A stretch of 64,000 bases of DNA, from positions 24,002 to 88,001 of the forward strand of contig SSEF01000020.1 of assembly GCA_008012175.1 (NCBI GenBank), given 5' to 3'. A program made the position numbers and the translations under genes. The notes beneath the pieces are model-generated. The model was not told where the DNA came from and did not search any database. It was given only the letters and a program-made list of their open reading frames with translations. This stretch comes from Candidatus Moraniibacteriota bacterium. Lineage in GTDB: Bacteria; Patescibacteriota; Minisyncoccia; Moranbacterales; UBA1568. This document shows, one piece after another, positions 62,866 through 64,000 of this stretch; the stretch's first letter is position 1; the number at the start of each line of letters is the position of its first letter.

Positions 62866-62936
62866 CGGGGCATAGTATAGTGGTAGTACGTGCGCTTCGG
62901 GTGCGTAAAGTCTGGGTTCGATTCCCGGTGCCCCGA
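62866..62936 (+). tRNA. tRNA-Pro(CGG)
   Basis: CGGGGCA/TGCCCCG acceptor, TGCGC-TTCGGGT-GCGTA anticodon arm, GGTTCGATTCC. Confidence 0.93.
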
Positions 62937-63014
62937 CTACCTAAATCCTGCGGCGAGGAGAAAGCCCGTGTCGATCCCGATCTACAAGGATTGTCCTGAT
63001 ACCGCATAACTCTC

Positions 63015-63326
63015 ATGAAGTTCCTCATCCAAAATCCCGATGATACTACCGTTACGATCTTCCGACGAACTGGATATACGTTCCAGCGTGAGGAAAACGG
63101 TGAGATGAGCTTTGTTCGAGCACTTGCCAGTGCCGGATACCCGCGTTTTCATTGCTACGTAAAATCTCATCCCGAAGGCCTCGTCTGCAATATCCACCTT
63201 GACCAAAAGCGCGAAACGTATGGCCGCTCAGTTCGGCATCATGGCGAATACGAAGAGGATGGCGCGCTCGCTGATGAGGTTAAAAGGATTGGGCAGTTCA
63301 TCAAGGGCCTTGCTCGGCAAGCATAG
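63015..63326 (+). CDS. Hypothetical protein
   Basis: 103-aa ORF between tRNAs, YPRFH..NIHLDQK..HHGEY. Confidence 0.7.
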   Translation: MKFLIQNPDDTTVTIFRRTGYTFQREENGEMSFVRALASAGYPRFHCYVKSHPEGLVCNIHLDQKRETYGRSVRHHGEYEEDGALADEVKRIGQFIKGLARQA

Positions 63327-63411
63327 GTGTAACAACCTTTTGCTTGCACCGCCCAAGACCTCTGCTAGTTAAGACTAGATACGGGGTATCGGGGCCGAGG
63401 AAAAAATATTT

Positions 63412-63495
63412 GCCATGGTGGCGGAATTGGTATACGCGCTAGCCTTAGGAGCTAGTGGGAGCAATCCCTTGAGAGTTCGATCCTCTCCCATGGCA
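63412..63495 (+). tRNA. tRNA-Leu(TAG)
   Basis: GCCATGG/CCATGGC acceptor, CTAGC-CTTAGGA-GCTAG anticodon arm, variable arm, GAGAG-TTCGATC-CTCTC. Confidence 0.93.
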
Positions 63496-63723
63496 CTAGA
63501 TAAGAACCTCTTTCTGCTTGCAATGCGGCTAAACATGTTCCTGTTCTTCTGTACCGACAGCCAGCCGCATCGCTTCACGGAAACATACATAAAACAGGTG
63601 GGTATCAGTTCTAGACCATTTTTTCAGCCTTGATACGCACAAGGACCGAGGCAGTTCGAGCAGCCTTGGTTTTTACAGGAAACTCACTCCCGCATCCTGA
63701 ATGCGAGGAGAATACCCGTTGTA

Positions 63724-64000
63724 TCATTCACTTCCTAGCCGTCGCCTCTTCGAGAGAGTTTGCTCGGGAAAGTTCGGAATAATAGCGAACACCATCGCCG
63801 AAGCAAGAAGGATGAGCGCAGCAGAGAACAGGACCTTTAAGGAAAAGAGTACCGATCCCGGGAGATAACTAGCGATGAGCGCATAGTAACGCTTTGCTCC
63901 CGCAGCGGCGATATTCTCAATATCTGGCTGCTCTACCTGGATACTGCTGCCGAAGTAGCTCTCCGTTGTATCCAACGCTGAAATCCCCCAAATATCTTCT
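63724..64000 (-). CDS. C-terminal part of a hypothetical membrane protein (5' end off window)
   Basis: Frame open to the window edge, with a C-terminal TM segment. Confidence 0.5.
   Translation of the reverse strand, partial: EDIWGISALDTTESYFGSSIQVEQPDIENIAAAGAKRYYALIASYLPGSVLFSLKVLFSAALILLASAMVFAIIPNFPEQTLSKRRRLGSE

Overview
Bacterial chromosome segment that is mostly housekeeping genes on the minus strand: mreB, murA/murD, gap-fba-tpiA-galT, ndk, split comEC, nrdR, ftsAZ, hisS, gyrB, efp, rpsF-ssb-rpsR, recA, ftsK, rpoBC, infB, a CCA-adding enzyme and four CCA-less tRNAs. Gene content and protein style suggest Patescibacteria/CPR (Parcubacteria-like); this is an inference, not a database result. 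The clearest accessory element is a complete diversity-generating retroelement (DGR) at about 2050-4860. It has a YADD reverse transcriptase, a 126-bp TR/VR pair differing at 10 positions (all TR adenines), a 218-aa target, and an Avd-like gene. That gene sits ANTISENSE between TR and RT, overlaps the probable RT start head-to-head and shares a C9 homopolymer with it. Other notable items are a membrane protein fused to a TorF-like porin beta-barrel domain in a presumably monoderm cell, an AT-rich frameshifted HEPN gene, a D-aminoacylase with degenerate catalytic residues, a divergent EndoIII-like protein, a CsoR-family repressor with its operator, and several structured non-coding elements. 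Family calls come from motif recognition by eye; no searches were run.
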